Assembly: GCA_021781215.1 (NCBI GenBank)
Contig: JAJXXC010000007.1
Coordinates: 1 to 52,387 of the forward strand
Source: a bacterium
Lineage (GTDB): Bacteria; Patescibacteriota; Saccharimonadia; Saccharimonadales; DATKHC01
Direction: 5' to 3'
DNA: 52,387 bases
Both the position numbers and the translations under genes were made by a program. Below are positions 47,789 through 52,387 of the stretch, one piece after another (within the stretch, counting starts at the first letter, position 1; each line of letters begins with the position of its first letter). The notes below the pieces were generated by a model, which did not search any database, was not told the DNA's origin, and saw nothing but the letters and a program-made list of their open reading frames with translations.

Positions 47789-48019
47789 ATGATTACATTA
47801 GCAGACGCGGTCAACACAGCCATTATCGGGAAAGGTCTGATGATTGGTGGTGGATTTATCGGGCCAGGAATCGGTATCGGTATTATCGGCGGAAACTATA
47901 TGGCAGCAGTTGGACGCAACCCTGAGGCTTCGAAATTCTTGGGCCAGGCTCTAGTTTTCATTGCAATCATCGAGTTATTCGGTTTGCTAGCCTTCGCATC
48001 AATCTTTATCGTTAAATAA
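47789..48019 (+). CDS. atpE: F0 subunit c
   Basis: GPGIGIG, GRNPE and IAIIEL; AAGGAG RBS before the ATG at 47789. Confidence 0.96.
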   Translation: MITLADAVNTAIIGKGLMIGGGFIGPGIGIGIIGGNYMAAVGRNPEASKFLGQALVFIAIIELFGLLAFASIFIVK

Positions 48020-48042
48020 TTTTTTTAAAAAAAAGTTCGTAA

Positions 48043-48585
48043 ATGAGTATATTAACCAATTTATTTTTTAGTAGTGCTTCAAGCAGTTCAGGTATTGCTG
48101 CTCTTGGATTCAGTTTGTCATCATTCGTAATCCAATTAATCTCTTTTCTGATTGTATTTTTAATACTCAAGAAATATGCTTTTAAACCGATTATTAAAAT
48201 GCTAAAAGAGCGTTCAGATTTGATTAATGATGGTATCAACCTTGGTGAATCAATGAAACAGAAGAGTCATGAACTTGAGAAAACTATTGAAGATAAATTA
48301 CATCAAACTCGAGAACAAGCAGATAAAATAATTGCCGATACTCATAAGCGTTCTAGAGAAATGATTCTAGCAGCTGAAAACGAAGCCGTTAAGAAGGCTG
48401 AGTCAGTTGCTGAAAGTGCCAAACAAAAAATCGAGCGAGATACGGTTATTGCTAGAGAGAAGCTAAAATCCGAATTGGTTGGTTTGGTGTCTGAGGCAAC
48501 TGAAGCAATTATCGGTCAGAAAATCGATGCTAAAAAAGATGCTGATCTAATCGATAAAGCCCTAAATAGAGGTAAGACTTCATGA
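48043..48585 (+). CDS. atpF: F0 subunit b
   Basis: QLISFLIVFLILKKYAFKPI..ML.ER followed by a coiled coil. Confidence 0.95.
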   Translation: MSILTNLFFSSASSSSGIAALGFSLSSFVIQLISFLIVFLILKKYAFKPIIKMLKERSDLINDGINLGESMKQKSHELEKTIEDKLHQTREQADKIIADTHKRSREMILAAENEAVKKAESVAESAKQKIERDTVIAREKLKSELVGLVSEATEAIIGQKIDAKKDADLIDKALNRGKTS

Positions 48586-48992
48586 ATTTATCCAGAACTC
48601 AACTAGCTAAGGTTATATCAACTCAAACTTTGAGTCACGGAATTGATAAATCCCTCTCTGGGGATATTGCTAAAATTCTACTAAAGACTAAAAAAACCAA
48701 TTCATTAAACTCACTAATGCGGGACGTTGAACGAAATTGGGCTGAACTTGGATACGTCGACGTAATAGCTAAAAGCGCCTTCCCACTCTCAGACAAGGTT
48801 AAAAATGATATCTGCAACCTAATTAATAACAATTTTTCAAATGTTAAGCATATAAAAATTATTGAAGTGTTAGACAGCAACGTTGTGGCTGGCGTGGTTT
48901 TGGAATTACCCGATCAGAGGCTTGATCTAAGTATTGAAAACAAGATAAATCAATTTAAACAATTCGCGGGCTCACGTAGGAAGGATCCATAA
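48582..48992 (+). CDS. atpH: F1 subunit delta (short form)
   Basis: Operon position; SAFPLS, DSNVVAGVVL and LDLSI..K C-terminal delta motifs. Confidence 0.85.
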   Translation: MNLSRTQLAKVISTQTLSHGIDKSLSGDIAKILLKTKKTNSLNSLMRDVERNWAELGYVDVIAKSAFPLSDKVKNDICNLINNNFSNVKHIKIIEVLDSNVVAGVVLELPDQRLDLSIENKINQFKQFAGSRRKDP

Positions 48993-50548
48993 TGCAGGAA
49001 TTATCAATTAAAGACTTATCAGAGGACATTCGGGCTTCAATCAACCGTATTAAACAAGATCCTAAAATCGAAAATGTCGGAATTGTCACCAGGATTGGTG
49101 ATGGCATAGCTTGGGTGTACGGTCTTACCAAATGTGGTTTTAACGAAATGCTTGAAATCGAGACCGAGAGTGGTGACCCGATAATAGCATTTGCCTTTAA
49201 CCTTGGAGAAGATGAAATTGGTGCCGTAATTTTGGGCGAAGATTCTCGAGTTAAGGCTGGCGCTAGCGTTAAGATGATTGGCGAAGTTCTAAGTTTACCG
49301 GTCGGGCCTGAATTAATTGGTAGAATCATCGACCCAATGGGAAACCCACTGGATGGTGGTCCGGCAATCAAAACTAGCCAGAGAAGCAATATTGAACGTA
49401 ATGCTCCTGGAGTTTTGGACCGAAAAAGTGTTTTCGAGCCTTTGATGACGGGTATTACTGCTATTGATGCAATGGTACCAATTGGCCGTGGACAAAGAGA
49501 GTTAATTATTGGCGATCGACAGACTGGTAAAACAGCCATAACTATCGACACTATGATTAACCAATATCGCCAAAAAACTGGTGTGATTAATATTTACGTA
49601 GCCATTGGTCAGAAGCTAAGTAAAGTTGCCGCCTTAGTTGAGAGACTTAAATCCGAGGGTGTTATGGATCAGACTATTGTTGTGGCTACTAGTCCTGCAG
49701 ATCCAGCAGCCATGGTCTATTTAGCGCCATATGCTGGCTGTACTATCGGTGAATATTTTAGAGACAATAAAAAGCACGCGTTAATCATTTATGACGATCT
49801 ATCTAAACACGCAGTTGCTTATCGGCAAATGAGCTTATTACTTAGAAGACCACCGGGACGAGAAGCTTATCCGGGAGATGTTTTCTACCTGCACTCAAGA
49901 TTATTAGAGAGATCTGCAAAATTAAGTGATGCACTTGGAGGCGGTAGCCTAACTGCCCTACCAATTATCGAAACTCAAGCTGGCGATATTAGTGCCTATA
50001 TTCCAACCAATGTCATATCAATTACTGACGGCCAGATATTCATGGATACTAGTTTATTCTATCAAGGCCTCAGACCAGCGGTCTCGGTTGGGTTATCGGT
50101 ATCCAGGGTTGGCGGTAGTGCCCAGACTAAGGGCATAAAGAGTGTTGCTAAATCACTTAGAATTGATCTAGCTCAGTATCGTGAATTAGCTGCATTCTCA
50201 CAGTTTTCAACTGATCTCGATGCCGAGACAAAACAGCAAATTGATCGTGGTGAGCGATTAACCGAAATGTTGAAGCAACCCCAATATCAGCCTAGAGCGA
50301 TATGGCAAATGTATGTTAGCTTACTGGCTACTTCTAGTGGATGCTTTGATAAAATTCCAGTAGCTAAAATTAATCCAGCCATTGAAGGATTGTTTAGAGA
50401 AATAGAAACTAATCACCAACCAGTTATTTCCGAGGTTGATGGCGGCGCCGAAGCTAAGGACAGTACTAAGAATAAGATTATTGAAATAGCCAATGGAATC
50501 GCCGTTAGCTATCATGATCGTCAAACTAATACCGTAGAGGCTAGTTAA
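48992..50548 (+). CDS. atpA: F1 subunit alpha
   Basis: GDGIA, GRGQRELIIGDRQTGKT and RRPPGREAYPGDVFYLHSRLLER. Confidence 0.99.
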   Translation: MQELSIKDLSEDIRASINRIKQDPKIENVGIVTRIGDGIAWVYGLTKCGFNEMLEIETESGDPIIAFAFNLGEDEIGAVILGEDSRVKAGASVKMIGEVLSLPVGPELIGRIIDPMGNPLDGGPAIKTSQRSNIERNAPGVLDRKSVFEPLMTGITAIDAMVPIGRGQRELIIGDRQTGKTAITIDTMINQYRQKTGVINIYVAIGQKLSKVAALVERLKSEGVMDQTIVVATSPADPAAMVYLAPYAGCTIGEYFRDNKKHALIIYDDLSKHAVAYRQMSLLLRRPPGREAYPGDVFYLHSRLLERSAKLSDALGGGSLTALPIIETQAGDISAYIPTNVISITDGQIFMDTSLFYQGLRPAVSVGLSVSRVGGSAQTKGIKSVAKSLRIDLAQYRELAAFSQFSTDLDAETKQQIDRGERLTEMLKQPQYQPRAIWQMYVSLLATSSGCFDKIPVAKINPAIEGLFREIETNHQPVISEVDGGAEAKDSTKNKIIEIANGIAVSYHDRQTNTVEAS

Positions 50549-50553
50549 ACATT

Positions 50554-51414
50554 ATGGCCAACACCGCATTTTTAAAACAGCGAATTAGTTCAATTAAAAA
50601 TACCAGGCAGATTACTAAAGCCATGGAACTAGTTTCTGCTAGTAAAATGCGTCGTGCCCAAGATTATGCTAAATTAAGTCGAGATTATGCCGATGCGGCA
50701 TCTGAGCTTTTAGCTCATTTAAGCACCTTGACTGAGGTTAAAACACACCCGTTTTTTAATCATCGTACGGTTAAAAATAAGTTGTATGTTTTAATTACCT
50801 CTAATAGTGGCTTGGCTGGAGCCTATAACTACAATGTTTTAAAACTACTAAGCACAGCAGTGATTAATGACCGTAATCACGGTGTTAAATCCAAAGTAAT
50901 TAGTATTGGCAAACAAGGGGCACATTTTGCCAGCCGTTTGGTTGGAGTAGAATTAGCCGCCGCATATCATGCATTTGGTGATCGTCCTTCTGCAAATGAC
51001 ATAAAACCAATCCTAGATACCATCGTAAAGATGTATGATAGCTCTGAAATTGATGAGGTCGACATTATCTATACTCAACCTAAATCGAACCTATTGCAGA
51101 TTGCCAAAAGTATGGAGATCTTACCGATAAAACCGATTAGTGATGGAAAGATAAATTATACTAATTTTGAACCAACCGTAAGTGAGGTTCTTAGCTATTC
51201 TATCGAGAGATTATTAGATGCGATTATATGGCAGGCAGTTTTAGATAGCTTAGCCAGTGAACATTCAATGAGAATGATGGCTATGAAAAATGCAACCGAC
51301 AATGCCGGCGATTTAATCAATGAGTATACATTAAAATTTAATACAGCCCGCCAAAGTGGTATAACGCAAGAACTTGCTGAAATTACCGGTGGTTTTGAAG
51401 CCCTAAATTCATAG
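50554..51414 (+). CDS. atpG: F1 subunit gamma
   Basis: ITKAMELVSASK, GLAGAYN, SEHSMRMMAMKNATDNA and RQSGITQEL. Confidence 0.98.
   Translation: MANTAFLKQRISSIKNTRQITKAMELVSASKMRRAQDYAKLSRDYADAASELLAHLSTLTEVKTHPFFNHRTVKNKLYVLITSNSGLAGAYNYNVLKLLSTAVINDRNHGVKSKVISIGKQGAHFASRLVGVELAAAYHAFGDRPSANDIKPILDTIVKMYDSSEIDEVDIIYTQPKSNLLQIAKSMEILPIKPISDGKINYTNFEPTVSEVLSYSIERLLDAIIWQAVLDSLASEHSMRMMAMKNATDNAGDLINEYTLKFNTARQSGITQELAEITGGFEALNS

Positions 51415-52387
<973 letters not shown>

Noticed and set aside
48955..49551. 198-aa antisense ORF over atpA, and the other short ORFs nested in or antisense to ino1, hisS, gltX, xth, MFS, apbE, trpS, GT2, btuR and atp genes
   Set aside because: Shadow frames of well-supported genes, with no RBS, promoter or motif support.

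Overview
AT-rich bacterial chromosomal segment using genetic code 11. It is most likely a Patescibacteria (CPR) genome of the Saccharibacteria type. This is inferred from the gene set: sortase, PEGA, DUF3048 and DUF4367-like surface proteins, a stand-alone TraD/VirD4-like ATPase, a short ATP synthase delta subunit and many orphans. Housekeeping genes are ino1, hisS, gltX, tmk, xth, trpS, smpB, three tRNAs (Leu-CAA, Ser-GGA, Asn-GTT) and the F1Fo operon atpI-like/B/E/F/H/A/G/D (atpD truncated by the window edge). A ~16-17 kb accessory region starts at tRNA-Asn (18041). The best candidates for new biology are four. (1) A four-gene flavinylation-linked transmembrane electron-transfer operon: a membrane-tethered FNR-type reductase with a Pro-rich tail ending in a Cys loop, ApbE, a 4-His ferric-reductase-like cytochrome b, and a membrane-anchored beta-rich protein. 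(2) A run of small genes behind tRNA-Asn separated by degenerate copies of the tRNA 3' end, with no integrase in view. (3) Pervasive leaderless-type promoters, plus promoter motifs shared between orphan genes. (4) A promoter-like sequence encoded inside the atpB C-terminal tail. All family assignments come from motif recognition by eye; no database searches were run.
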